This document shows positions 10,857-20,504 of a stretch of DNA of 64,000 nucleotides, one piece after another. How positions within the stretch are numbered: position 1 is the first letter of the stretch; every line of letters begins with the position of its first letter. Source of the DNA: an uncultured delta proteobacterium (GTDB lineage: Bacteria; Myxococcota_A; Polyangia; Fen-1088); the NCBI GenBank assembly GCA_963767925.1, contig CAVYGB010000008.1, forward strand, positions 1,728,001 through 1,792,000. Reading direction: 5' to 3'. A program made the translations under genes and the position numbers. The notes beneath the pieces are model-generated. The model made no database searches. It saw only the letters and a program-made list of their open reading frames with translations, and was not told the origin of the DNA.

Positions 10857-13283
10857 ATGCGGTCGCGAGCGGTTCGCATTGGCTTGCTGGCGACCGCCCT
10901 CACCCTGGGATGCAAGGACCAGGACGACACAATCCTGATCGTGCGGGTCTCCCTGGCCGACGCTCTCACCGGCGCGCGCGCCGGCGGGCTGCGGGCCACC
11001 GTGAAGGCCGAGACCGGGCGCGAGAGCTCGGCCGAGTTTCGCGGCAAGGACGGTCCGGTGCGGTTCCCCACCAGCTTCTCGCTGCAGCTCCCCCGTTCGG
11101 TCGGCGGTCCGGTCCGGTTCGAGGTGATCGCCCACGACGACGCGGGCGGTGTCATCGCCCGGCACGTGGAGGATCGCCTCGAGATCCGGGTCGGCGTCAC
11201 CAACGACGTGAACGTCGTCCTCGGTTGCCAGGAGGGCGGCTGCAACCCCGATGGCGGTGCCGCCGCCGACGGCCCACTCGGTCCGGGCGGAGGGGACGGC
11301 GCATCCGGCTCCGACGCCGGCGCCGGTCGCTGCGGCAACAGCCTCCTCGACGAGGGAGAGCTGTGTGATCCGGGGATCCCCGCCGGCCGCCGGGGCGCTT
11401 GCCCGCCGACCGATTGCGACGATGGTCTGGATTGCACCCGGGACATTCCGGTGGGCAGCGGCTGCCGGCTCGAATGCCGGTACGAGGAGGTAACCGCGGC
11501 GCTAGCGGGGGATGGCTGCTGCCCCCCCCTGGGGACCGCCGCCAGCGACTCCGACTGCTCTGGCACCTGCGGCGGAGCCACCCTGGAGCCGGGCGAGACC
11601 TGCGACCTCGCGCTGCCCGGCGACCACCCCAACGCCTGCCCGACCGCGGCCCTGTGCGACGATCAGGACGTCTGCTCGCGCGACGAGCTGGTGTCGGCCG
11701 GGACCTGCGCGGCCCGCTGCGCGAATCGACCCATCCAGTCGCCCGCCGCTGGAGACGGGTGTTGCCCGCTCGCCGCCAGCAGCGAGAGCGACCCCGACTG
11801 CGCCGTGGTCTGCGGCAACGGGCGGGTCGAGCCGGAGGGCGGGGAGACCTGCGACAGGGGCTACCGGGCCTCCGATCCGGAGGGCTGTCCCGAGACCTGT
11901 CCGGACGACGGCGACCCCTGCACCTCCGAGACCCTGGTCGGGTCAGGCTGCCAGGTCCGCTGCCTGAGCGCCCGGATCGAACGTTCGGTCGGCGGCGACG
12001 GATGTTGCCTGCCCGGCGTGGGCCGCGCCGTCGATTCGGACTGCCCCGCCGTGTGTGGCAACGGCCTCCTCGAGCCGGGCGAGTACTGCGACAAGGCGAT
12101 CGCGGCCGGCAGCCCGGGGGCCTGCCCCGCGGCCTGCGCCAACCCGGGCGGGCCCTCCTGCCTGGTCGCCCGGCTCGAGGGGACGGCCGACGCCTGCACC
12201 GCCCGCTGCGTCCAGGACGCCATCCAGCTCTGCGCCCGGAACGACGGCTGCTGCCCCGCGGACTGCACGCTCGCCACCGATCCGGACTGCTCCGCCACCT
12301 GCGGCAACGAGGCGGTGGAGGCGGGCGAGACCTGCGACACCGAGATCGGATCGGGAGCCGGGGCTTGCCCCCTGGCCGCCGCCTGCAACGACGCCGACGC
12401 CTGCACCAACGATCGGCTCCTCTCGCCCGGCACCTGCAGCGCTCGCTGCGCCCACACGCCGGTGGTGACCTTCGACGCCGACGGCTGCTGCCCCCCGGGG
12501 GGCAACAACCTCGTCGACGTGGACTGTCCCGCCCGCTGTGGCAACCGGGTTGTCGAGGAGTCGGCCCAGGAGACCTGCGAGAGCGCCTTGCCCGCGGGGG
12601 CGCCGGGCGCCTGCCCGACCGGCTGCCCTGCCCTGCCGACCGGCTGCCTGCGGGGGACCCTTGCGGGCGCCGCCGGCACCTGCAACGCCCGCTGCGTCCT
12701 CGAGCGGCTGAAGCTCTGCCAGCACGGCGATGGCTGCTGTCCTTCCGGTTGCAGCCGGACCGCTGACGACGATTGCCCCGCCGTCTGTGGCAACGCCGTG
12801 CTGGAGGCGGGCGAGAGCTGTGACTGGGCCATTCCCGCGGGCAACCCGGGCGCCTGCAGCTTCCAGTGCGACGACAACAACGCCTGCACCCGGGACCAGG
12901 CGCTGGGGCGGACCTCGGACTGCACGCGGACCTGCCGCCACACCGCCATCCGCGCCTGCCTGAGCGGCGATGGCTGTTGTCCGGCCGGCTGCTCGTCGGG
13001 GAACGACCTCGACTGCCGGGCCCCGGAGTGCGGGAATCAGGCCCTCGAAGCCGGCGAGACCTGCGACCCGCCCAGCTCCTGCCCGATCGAGTGTGTCGAC
13101 GACGGCGACGTCTGCACCACCGGCCTCCTGCGGGGAGACGCCAAGACCTGCGGCGCCTATTGCGATCACGTGCCGATCACCGCCTGCTCCGGCACGCGCG
13201 CCGATCGTTGCTGTCCGGCCGGCTGCCTGGCCCGCACGGACGTCGATTGCGGCGCCCCACCCGCTCGGCCCACGCCCTTCTGA
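10857..13283 (+). CDS. Cys-rich tandem-repeat lipoprotein
   Basis: Lipobox 'LTLGC'; N-terminal beta domain; eight ~80-aa units CGNxxxExGExCD...GDGCCP...DxDC. Confidence 0.85.
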   Translation: MRSRAVRIGLLATALTLGCKDQDDTILIVRVSLADALTGARAGGLRATVKAETGRESSAEFRGKDGPVRFPTSFSLQLPRSVGGPVRFEVIAHDDAGGVIARHVEDRLEIRVGVTNDVNVVLGCQEGGCNPDGGAAADGPLGPGGGDGASGSDAGAGRCGNSLLDEGELCDPGIPAGRRGACPPTDCDDGLDCTRDIPVGSGCRLECRYEEVTAALAGDGCCPPLGTAASDSDCSGTCGGATLEPGETCDLALPGDHPNACPTAALCDDQDVCSRDELVSAGTCAARCANRPIQSPAAGDGCCPLAASSESDPDCAVVCGNGRVEPEGGETCDRGYRASDPEGCPETCPDDGDPCTSETLVGSGCQVRCLSARIERSVGGDGCCLPGVGRAVDSDCPAVCGNGLLEPGEYCDKAIAAGSPGACPAACANPGGPSCLVARLEGTADACTARCVQDAIQLCARNDGCCPADCTLATDPDCSATCGNEAVEAGETCDTEIGSGAGACPLAAACNDADACTNDRLLSPGTCSARCAHTPVVTFDADGCCPPGGNNLVDVDCPARCGNRVVEESAQETCESALPAGAPGACPTGCPALPTGCLRGTLAGAAGTCNARCVLERLKLCQHGDGCCPSGCSRTADDDCPAVCGNAVLEAGESCDWAIPAGNPGACSFQCDDNNACTRDQALGRTSDCTRTCRHTAIRACLSGDGCCPAGCSSGNDLDCRAPECGNQALEAGETCDPPSSCPIECVDDGDVCTTGLLRGDAKTCGAYCDHVPITACSGTRADRCCPAGCLARTDVDCGAPPARPTPF
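11331..13250 (+). repeat. Eight ~240-bp intragenic repeats encoding 10- or 12-Cys modules
   Basis: Counted directly in the translation; each unit starts CG(N/G) and contains a CC pair. Confidence 0.85.
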
Positions 13284-13332
13284 GGCGCGATCCGACGCGC
13301 AGCGGTGGCCCCGGTCCTCCCAACCCGGGCCC

Positions 13333-13361
13333 TTGACCCTGCGGTGGGGTGTGACTATACG
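13333..13361 (+). promoter_or_regulatory. Sigma70-type promoter of the ABC operon
   Basis: TTGACC-17bp-TATACG upstream of ATG 13444. Confidence 0.5.
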
Positions 13362-13443
13362 ACTGGCTCATCGAAATTGGACCCCGGCCGGGAATAGTCC
13401 TCGGCTCCGGCGGATTCCAATGGCCTGAAAAGATGAGGTCCCG

Positions 13444-14403
13444 ATGTCAGACGTGATGATCCAGGTCGAGAACCTCACCAAGGACTATGGCCCGGTACGT
13501 GCAGTCGACCGCGTCACGTTCAACGTCCGAAAGGGCGAGGTCCTTGGGTTCCTCGGACCGAACGGTGCGGGCAAATCGACAACCATGAAGATTCTCACCT
13601 GCTACCTGGCGCCGACCGGGGGCAGCGTGAAGGTCGCGGGAATGGACGTGTTCGACCAGTCGCTGGAAGTGCGGCGGCGGGTCGGTTACCTGCCCGAGGA
13701 CACGCCCATCTACCGGGACATGACGGTCCTGGAGTTTCTCGAGTTCGTGGCCGAGATCCGCGGGATGCGGGCCGGTCGACAGGCGCGCATAAAGGAGATC
13801 GGAGGGCGCTGTGGCCTCGGTGATGTCGCCGGCAAGCTGATCGGCGAGCTCTCCAAGGGCTACCGCCAGCGGGTGGGCCTGGCCCAGGCCATGATCCACG
13901 ACCCCGACATCGTCATCCTCGATGAGCCGACCAGCGGTCTCGATCCCAACCAGATCGTCGAGATCCGCCAGCTCATCAAGGAGGTCGGTCGCGAGAAGAC
14001 GGTCATCCTCTCGACCCACATCCTCCCCGAGGTGCAGGCCACCTGCAGCCGCATCCTCATCATCGGCCGGGGCAAGGTCGTGGCCGACGGCACCCCCGAC
14101 GAGTTGCGGGCCCGCGAGCGCGGCAGCCGCTACCGGGTGGTGGTGGAGGCCAACGGCGTCCCGGCCGACGCCATTCGCAGCCGGCTCGGGAGCATCAGCG
14201 GCGTCAGCCGCTGCCAGCCGGTCAGCGGTGAAGACGGTGCCCACGCCTTCGCCATCGACGCCGAGACCGCCGAGGACCTGCGCAAGACGCTGTTCCAGGC
14301 GGCGGTCGACAATCGCTGGACGCTGCTCGAGCTCGTGCGCGAGGCCGCCAGCCTGGAAGACGTTTTCCGCAGTCTGACCACCGGCGAGGAGACCCGGACA
14401 TGA
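13444..14403 (+). CDS. ABC transporter ATP-binding protein (GldA-like)
   Basis: GPNGAGKST, 'LSKGYRQRVGLAQA', 'ILDEPTSGLDPNQI', 'STHILPEV'. Confidence 0.92.
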   Translation: MSDVMIQVENLTKDYGPVRAVDRVTFNVRKGEVLGFLGPNGAGKSTTMKILTCYLAPTGGSVKVAGMDVFDQSLEVRRRVGYLPEDTPIYRDMTVLEFLEFVAEIRGMRAGRQARIKEIGGRCGLGDVAGKLIGELSKGYRQRVGLAQAMIHDPDIVILDEPTSGLDPNQIVEIRQLIKEVGREKTVILSTHILPEVQATCSRILIIGRGKVVADGTPDELRARERGSRYRVVVEANGVPADAIRSRLGSISGVSRCQPVSGEDGAHAFAIDAETAEDLRKTLFQAAVDNRWTLLELVREAASLEDVFRSLTTGEETRT

Positions 14404-15110
14404 GCGCCACTCTGGCAATTAGCAAGCGCGAGCTGCGCACCTACTTCAACTCCCCCGTCGCCTACATCGTGGTGACGGTCTTCATGTTGCTCGCGGGCTA
14501 CCTGTTCTTCAGCACCGTGTTCATCGAGAAGCAGGCGGAGATGCGGGCCTACTTCGGCCTGGCCCCCATGCTCTTCACCTTCATCATTCCGGCGATGACC
14601 ATGCGGCTCATCGCCGAGGAGAAGGGGAGCGGCACCATCGAGCTCCTCATCACGATGCCGGTGCGGGACTGGGAGGTCGTGGTGGGCAAGTTCCTGGCCG
14701 CCCTGGGGCTGCTGGCGGTGCTGCTCGCCCTGACCCTGGTCTACGCCTTCACCCTGTCCACCATCGGCCCCGTCGACAAGGGGCCGACCTACGGCGGATA
14801 CCTGGGCCTGCTGCTGATGGGGTCGGCCTACGTCGCCATCGGCGTGATGGCCTCCTCCGTCACCCGCAACCAGATCGTGGCCTTCATCCTGGCCTTCGCG
14901 ATCTCGTTCGCGCTCTACCTGTTCGGGCGGGTCGTGCAGATCGTCCCCCCGGCGATCCAGCCGATCATCTCGTTCCTCAGCATCGACAACCATTTCGAGG
15001 CCATCAGCCGCGGCGTGATCGACACCCGCGACGTCATCTATTACCTGTCGGTGGTCGCGGTCAGCCTGGTGATCGCCACCGTCGCTCTCGAATCGCGCAA
15101 GTGGAAGTAG
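14400..15110 (+). CDS. ABC-2 permease (GldF-like)
   Basis: 'KRELRTYFNSPVAY', 'TMRLIAEEKGSGTIELL', 'GVIDTRDVIYY'; ATGA overlap with the ATPase gene. Confidence 0.9.
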   Translation: MSATLAISKRELRTYFNSPVAYIVVTVFMLLAGYLFFSTVFIEKQAEMRAYFGLAPMLFTFIIPAMTMRLIAEEKGSGTIELLITMPVRDWEVVVGKFLAALGLLAVLLALTLVYAFTLSTIGPVDKGPTYGGYLGLLLMGSAYVAIGVMASSVTRNQIVAFILAFAISFALYLFGRVVQIVPPAIQPIISFLSIDNHFEAISRGVIDTRDVIYYLSVVAVSLVIATVALESRKWK

Positions 15111-15112
15111 CC

Positions 15113-16741
15113 ATGACCACGGACAAGCGAAAAAAACGGGCTTACGCCTCCAACGCGCTCCTCTACTCGGCCTTCATCGTGGGGGCCATCGTGGTGGTCA
15201 ACCTGCTGGGCACGCGGGTGTTCGGCCGGGTGGACCTCACCGAAAACGACGTCTACACCCTGTCCCAGTCTTCCAAGGACCTCGTCAAGAAGCTGCCCGA
15301 CTACATGACGGTCAAGGCCTTCATCTCGAGCGACCTGCCGCCCGAGCTGAAGACCGTCAGTCGGTACGTCCGCGACCTGGTCGACGAATATCAGACCAGC
15401 TCGAACGGGAAGTTCCGCTGGGACGCCATCGACCCTGGCACCGACAAGAAGCTCGAGGACGAGGCCACCCGCTGCAAGGTCCAGAAGCTGCAGATCCAGG
15501 TGCTACGCAACCAGAAGTTCGAGCTCGGCGCCTACTACCTGGGTCTCTGCCTGCAATACGGCAGCGAGGTGGAGTCGATCCCCCAGGTGGTGCGGGCCGA
15601 GGGCCTCGAATACCAGATGTCCTCGCTCATCAAGAAGCTCACCACCAAGAAGAAGAAGGTGGCCTTCACGACCGGGCACGGCGAATACGAGACCAGCCAG
15701 GGCTTCCAGGCGCTCAAGGGCGGGCTCGAACAGGAGTTCGAGCTGACCACCGTCAACCCCTCCCAGGCCGAGATCGGCAAGGACGTCGACGCGCTGGTGG
15801 TGGGCGGGCCCAAGCAGCCCTTCGACGAGAAGGGCCAGAAGGAGCTCGACAAGTTCATCATGGAGGGCAAGGGCGTCGTCTTCCTGGTCGACGGCATCGC
15901 CCTGCAGGCTCCCGGCGGCATGGGGGGTCAGGGCACGAAGCTGAAGATGGGGCAGCCCAACGACAGCGGCCTGGCCAAGGTCCTGGAGGCCTACGGCTTC
16001 AAGGTGAACCAGGATTTCGTGTTCGACACCCAGAACGCGCCCGGCCCGGTCGACATCAACGGCCGCCAGATGCTGGCCAACCTCCCCTACTTCGTGGCCG
16101 CCGAGACGGCGGTCGACAAGCAGCTCACCGTGCTGGACGGCGTCCGGGGGGTTGTCTTCCCGTTCGCCTCGAGCGTCGACCTCGTGGGCCCGCTCAAGGG
16201 TGGCAAGCCGGCCAAGGGGCAGCTCTGGCCGCTCGCCACCTCCTCGGGGGAGAGCTGGAAACACACTGGCTTCTTCGTGCTGGGGCCGGGCACCAAGATC
16301 GACGAGCCCAAGGAACGCAGCAGCGCCACCCTGGCCTACGCCTACCAGGGTCCCCTCCGGAGCGCCTTCGCCCCGGCCAACGCCCCGGCGGTCTCGGATC
16401 CCAATGCTCCGCTGGCCGACTCGAGAAAGCCGGTTCGCCTGGTCGTCGTCGGTGACTCCGACTTCGCCAGCGACGAATACATCCAGTACGCCCGGTTCCT
16501 CTCCTTCTACGGGGCCGGGGCCCAGCTCCTGGTCAACGCCATCGCCTGGACCGTCGAGGACGAGGCGCTCACCCCCCTCCGTTCCAAGAACGTCATTCCC
16601 CGTCCCATCAAGGTCGCCTCCGAAGGCAGCGCCGCTGTCCTTCAGTGGGGAAACATCCTGGGCCTGCCGCTGGCCTTCTGTCTGTTCGGGCTGGTCCGCT
16701 GGCGCCTCCGCCGGACCAACCGCTACGGGCAGAAGCTGTGA
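15113..16741 (+). CDS. GldG-like ABC auxiliary protein
   Basis: 'RVDLTENDVYTLS', 'AFTTGHGE', 'VVVGDSDFASD'; N- and C-terminal TMs. Confidence 0.88.
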   Translation: MTTDKRKKRAYASNALLYSAFIVGAIVVVNLLGTRVFGRVDLTENDVYTLSQSSKDLVKKLPDYMTVKAFISSDLPPELKTVSRYVRDLVDEYQTSSNGKFRWDAIDPGTDKKLEDEATRCKVQKLQIQVLRNQKFELGAYYLGLCLQYGSEVESIPQVVRAEGLEYQMSSLIKKLTTKKKKVAFTTGHGEYETSQGFQALKGGLEQEFELTTVNPSQAEIGKDVDALVVGGPKQPFDEKGQKELDKFIMEGKGVVFLVDGIALQAPGGMGGQGTKLKMGQPNDSGLAKVLEAYGFKVNQDFVFDTQNAPGPVDINGRQMLANLPYFVAAETAVDKQLTVLDGVRGVVFPFASSVDLVGPLKGGKPAKGQLWPLATSSGESWKHTGFFVLGPGTKIDEPKERSSATLAYAYQGPLRSAFAPANAPAVSDPNAPLADSRKPVRLVVVGDSDFASDEYIQYARFLSFYGAGAQLLVNAIAWTVEDEALTPLRSKNVIPRPIKVASEGSAAVLQWGNILGLPLAFCLFGLVRWRLRRTNRYGQKL

Positions 16742-16790
16742 GCGGGCCTCTGACCTCCAACGCCCCTGACCTCTTTCTTCGAGGAGTACG

Positions 16791-18197
16791 ATGAACCGTA
16801 AGACCTTGCTCGCCGGAGCTGTCTTCGCCGGTCTGCTCGTGATCACGCTGCTGGTGCTGCGGGAACCGGAAAAGGGGACCCGCACCGGGGAATCTCCCCG
16901 GCCGGTGGCCGCCATCGGGGATGGAAACCTCGACACACTCGAGATCACCCGGGACGGCAAGAAGGTCGTCGTCAAGCGCGAAGGCGGCAAGTTCCGGCTG
17001 CTCGAGCCGGTCGCCTACGCCGCCGAGGAGGACTCGGCAAAGCAGGCCTTCGAGTCGATCGAACGGATGGAGTTCGGCTCCATCGTCAGCGACCAGAAGA
17101 GCAAACACGAGGAGTTCGAGGTGGGGGCCAAGAGCCCCCGCGTGGTGGCCAAGAAGGGGGACAAGGTCCTGGCCGATCTCCGCATCGGCAAGGTCTCGCC
17201 CGACCACACCATGGTGCGCGTCGAGGGCAAGGACGAGGTCTGGCAGATGGTGGGATCCCACAAGTGGCACTTCGATCGGGAGCCGGCCGCCTGGCGCGAC
17301 AAGGCCATCCTCACGTTCAACAACGAAGACGCCGAGCGCCTCGAGGTGGTCAGTCCAAGCCAGGGCAAGATCGTGCTCGGCCGTCCGGCCAAGGGCGACG
17401 CCGGCGTGGCCCCGGGCTGGAAGGTGGTCGAGTCGACGGCCAAGGTCGAGCCCTTCGACCAGCAGGTGGCGAACGAGATGGTCACCGCCCTCTACGCCTT
17501 CAAGGCCAACGACTTCGCCGATGGAGTCACGCCGGCCGAGTCCGGCCTCGACGCTCCCACCCTGACCCTGACCGTGGGGCTCAAGGGTGGCAAGAGCGAG
17601 ACCGTGCTCATCGGCAAGAAGAAGACCGAAGACGACTTCTATGTGAAGCGGGCGGCCGATCCCCAGGTCTTCCTGGTGAAGAAGTACAACCTGGAGCGCA
17701 TCAACAAGCGGCCCATCGAGTTCCGGGAGAAGATCGTCTGCAACATCAACAGCGAAGACGTCACCCAGGTAGCGGTCACCGCCGGCAGCGACTCGTACAC
17801 CCTGGCCAAAGATCCCGGCAAGGGCGCCCACGCGGCCGACGGCTGGAAGCTGACGAAGCCGGCGGGGGTGACCATCGACCCGGCCAAGGCGACCTCCATC
17901 GTGACGGCCTTCCGGGAGTGGAAGGCCACCAGCTTCGCCGAGGACAGCTCGCCCAAGACCACCGGCCTGGGCAAGCCATCCGCCACCATCCTGGCTACCG
18001 GCAAGGGCCGGATCTGCCACCTCAAGCTGGGCGCCGAGCTGCCCGACAAGCAGAACCGGTACGCTTCGGTGAGCGGCGTTCCCGAGGTCTACGTGTTGCC
18101 CAAGTGGTCGGTCGATCGCGTACTGCAGAAGATCGACGACCTGAAGAAGAAGGACGACGGCCCGCCCGCGGGCGGCGGAACCGCCGCCCACCCCTGA
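16791..18197 (+). CDS. DUF4340-like periplasmic protein
   Basis: N-terminal TM; three repeated domains ('WRDKAIL', 'FREKIV', 'GLDAP', 'GLGKP'); typical fourth gene of GldAFG-like operons. Confidence 0.8.
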   Translation: MNRKTLLAGAVFAGLLVITLLVLREPEKGTRTGESPRPVAAIGDGNLDTLEITRDGKKVVVKREGGKFRLLEPVAYAAEEDSAKQAFESIERMEFGSIVSDQKSKHEEFEVGAKSPRVVAKKGDKVLADLRIGKVSPDHTMVRVEGKDEVWQMVGSHKWHFDREPAAWRDKAILTFNNEDAERLEVVSPSQGKIVLGRPAKGDAGVAPGWKVVESTAKVEPFDQQVANEMVTALYAFKANDFADGVTPAESGLDAPTLTLTVGLKGGKSETVLIGKKKTEDDFYVKRAADPQVFLVKKYNLERINKRPIEFREKIVCNINSEDVTQVAVTAGSDSYTLAKDPGKGAHAADGWKLTKPAGVTIDPAKATSIVTAFREWKATSFAEDSSPKTTGLGKPSATILATGKGRICHLKLGAELPDKQNRYASVSGVPEVYVLPKWSVDRVLQKIDDLKKKDDGPPAGGGTAAHP

Positions 18198-18203
18198 GCG
18201 CGC

Positions 18204-19085
18204 TCAGCCGCCGGCCTTCTTCCTCTCGAGGGCCTTGAACATGGCCTGGGTGCCGAGGGCACCCTCGCCATGGGCCTCGTTGTCCGCGAAGTAGGCCTGG
18301 GCCAGCGCCGTCCCCTGCAGGGGCAGGCCGACGCCCTGGGCGATGGCCTGCACGATGCGGAGGTCCTTCTGGATGAGCCGCACCATGAAGCCGGGCGCGA
18401 AGTCACCGCCGGCGATGCGGCTCCCCAGCTTCTCGAGGGCCCAGGAGCCGCCGGCCCCGGGGCCGAGCGCCCCCACCAGCGTCGGCAGGTCGATCCCGTT
18501 GGCCCGGGCCAGGTGCAGGGCCTCGACAACGCCGACCATGTTGAGCGCGCAGAGGATCTGGTTGGCCGCCTTGACGGTCTGACCGGCGCCGATCGGCCCG
18601 CAGTGGGTGATGCGCTTGCCCATCACCTCCAGGGCCGGCCGGGCGCGCTCCAGCTGGACGACCTCGCCCCCCACCAGGATGGAGAGGGTTCCCTCGCGCG
18701 CCCCGACGTCGCCACCGGTGACCGGCGCATCCAGGAACCCGATCTTCCGGGTGGCGAGCTGCTCGCCAATCTGGCGCGCCGCCTCCGGGGCGATGGTGCT
18801 CATGTCGATGAAGAGCGTGCCCGGGGCCGCGCCTTCGGCCGCGCCCTGGGGCCCCAGCAGGACCTGCTTGGCGTCCGGGGAGTCGGTCACGATGGAGATG
18901 ACCAGGTCTGCCCCCTCGGCGGCTGCGGCCGGGGTGGGCGCCTGGCGGGCACCCGCGGCCACCAGTGGCGCGCAGCGGGCGGCGGTGCGGTTGTAGACGG
19001 TGAGGCGGTGTCCGGCCGAAAGCAGGCGGCCAGCCATGGGGGCGCCCATGATTCCGAGTCCGATGAAGCCGATCGCGAGAGGCAT
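18204..19085 (-). CDS. NAD(P)-dependent beta-hydroxyacid dehydrogenase (GarR/MmsB family)
   Basis: 'IGFIGLGIMGAPMA', 'DAPVTGG', 'GQTVKAANQ'; GGAGG SD before ATG 19085. Confidence 0.92.
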   Translation of the reverse strand: MPLAIGFIGLGIMGAPMAGRLLSAGHRLTVYNRTAARCAPLVAAGARQAPTPAAAAEGADLVISIVTDSPDAKQVLLGPQGAAEGAAPGTLFIDMSTIAPEAARQIGEQLATRKIGFLDAPVTGGDVGAREGTLSILVGGEVVQLERARPALEVMGKRITHCGPIGAGQTVKAANQILCALNMVGVVEALHLARANGIDLPTLVGALGPGAGGSWALEKLGSRIAGGDFAPGFMVRLIQKDLRIVQAIAQGVGLPLQGTALAQAYFADNEAHGEGALGTQAMFKALERKKAGG

Positions 19086-19219
19086 GTTCCCTCCAAAGCG
19101 AGCGACTCTACAACAAGCGCGGGAACAGCGAAGGCTCCCGGGAACCTGCGGCCGTCTGCTCCGGCGGACCCGCGAGGGGCCCAATCAACGGAGCGCGAGG
19201 GAGACTCGGGACGTATTGA

Positions 19220-19328
19220 AATCCCGTTAAAGAACCACCCGGGAGGAAGGATCCCTGACATCGCAGCAGGGCCCCATTTCCGCCTTGACCCCAAGGACCC
19301 TTCCCGCCCGGTGGGTTCTGGTAGGATT
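19220..19328 (-). ncRNA. Candidate structured RNA (long imperfect hairpin), family unknown
   Basis: Arms 19231-19257 and 19292-19319 pair over ~23 bp; A-C mismatches on + become G-U pairs on -; outer AAUCC/GGAUU helix. Confidence 0.35.
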
Positions 19329-19368
19329 AGGGACCGCAGCCGGGGCCCTTCATCAAAAAAAAAACGGG

Positions 19369-20466
19369 TCAGGGACGCCGGCTGTTTCCCCGGCCCGGGG
19401 TGCAGATCTCGACGTCCACGTCGGCCACCTGGGACGTGCGCAACGCCTCGCACCAGGGGCCGTAGACAGTGAAGCGCCGGACGGAGTCGGGCTCGAACTC
19501 CCAGCCGTTGCCCCGCAACGGATCGTGCGGCACCACGATGTTGCTGCCGCCGTCCCCGAAGTAGAGCACCAGGTAGTCGGGCGGCCGCAGGGCCGAGGTG
19601 AGGCGGAAGGTGCAAGCCTTGCGCGAGAGCGCCGCCAGCTTCTCCTCGAGCTGGTCCTGCAGAGCCGCCGAGGTGGGCGCCACGTGAAAATACGGAGACG
19701 GGTTGTTCGAGTCGACCCGCACGCCGGCGATCGACTGCAGGCAACCGTTGGCCCGCGCCTCCTCGGCCAGCACGAAAACGTCGGTCTCGACCGTCTCGTT
19801 GCCCCACAGGAGCGCGGCCTCGGTGATGGCCTGGCTGCACTCGGCGCCGGCCCGGGTGCTGCAGGCCGGGTCGCTGTCGGTCAGGAGGAACACGTGGCGC
19901 GAGGAGCTGGACTGGTCGAGGTCGGCGAAGCGGTTGCGCGCGCTGCGCAGGGCGGACGAGGTGGGCGCATCTGCCTCGGTCTCGGAGCAGGTCGGCGCCT
20001 GCGCCACGCACCCCCAGCGCCGCTGGATGGGATCGATCGTGTCCCGCCCCGGGGAGATCACCGGGCTGGCGCAGCAGCCGGGACCGGTTCCCGGGGAGCA
20101 ATCCGAGGACGGGAACTCGAGGTAACCGGCGTGGACGGCGTCGTGGTAGGTGGCCAGGACCGCCCGCAAGGTTCGCTGGGTCTCCTCCAGCCGGGTAAGC
20201 ACCGAGCCGCCGTACTTTTGCCACATCGATGCCGAGCGATCGAGCGCCAGGATGACCTGAGGATTTTCCTGCCGGAAGTCGAACAGCTCCTCGCACGACA
20301 CCGCCCCGTCCTCGCGGGCACCGGCGTCGGGCGTGCCCATCGGAGTCGGGAGGCCGGCGTCCGGCTCCGGCGTGACCTCGGGCGGCAGGGCGACGTCTTG
20401 CACGCATCCCAGCGGGCCGGCTCCGAGACCGACCGCGAGGAGGACGAGCCGAGCCTGCGTTCGCAT
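19369..20466 (-). CDS. vWA-domain lipoprotein
   Basis: Lipobox 'GPLGC'; MIDAS motif 'LALDRSASM', 'LLTDSDP'; many Cys. Confidence 0.85.
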   Translation of the reverse strand: MRTQARLVLLAVGLGAGPLGCVQDVALPPEVTPEPDAGLPTPMGTPDAGAREDGAVSCEELFDFRQENPQVILALDRSASMWQKYGGSVLTRLEETQRTLRAVLATYHDAVHAGYLEFPSSDCSPGTGPGCCASPVISPGRDTIDPIQRRWGCVAQAPTCSETEADAPTSSALRSARNRFADLDQSSSSRHVFLLTDSDPACSTRAGAECSQAITEAALLWGNETVETDVFVLAEEARANGCLQSIAGVRVDSNNPSPYFHVAPTSAALQDQLEEKLAALSRKACTFRLTSALRPPDYLVLYFGDGGSNIVVPHDPLRGNGWEFEPDSVRRFTVYGPWCEALRTSQVADVDVEICTPGRGNSRRP

Positions 20467-20504
20467 GAAGACGTGCCTTCTCCCGGGACCGGAGGGCGCT
20501 CCGC

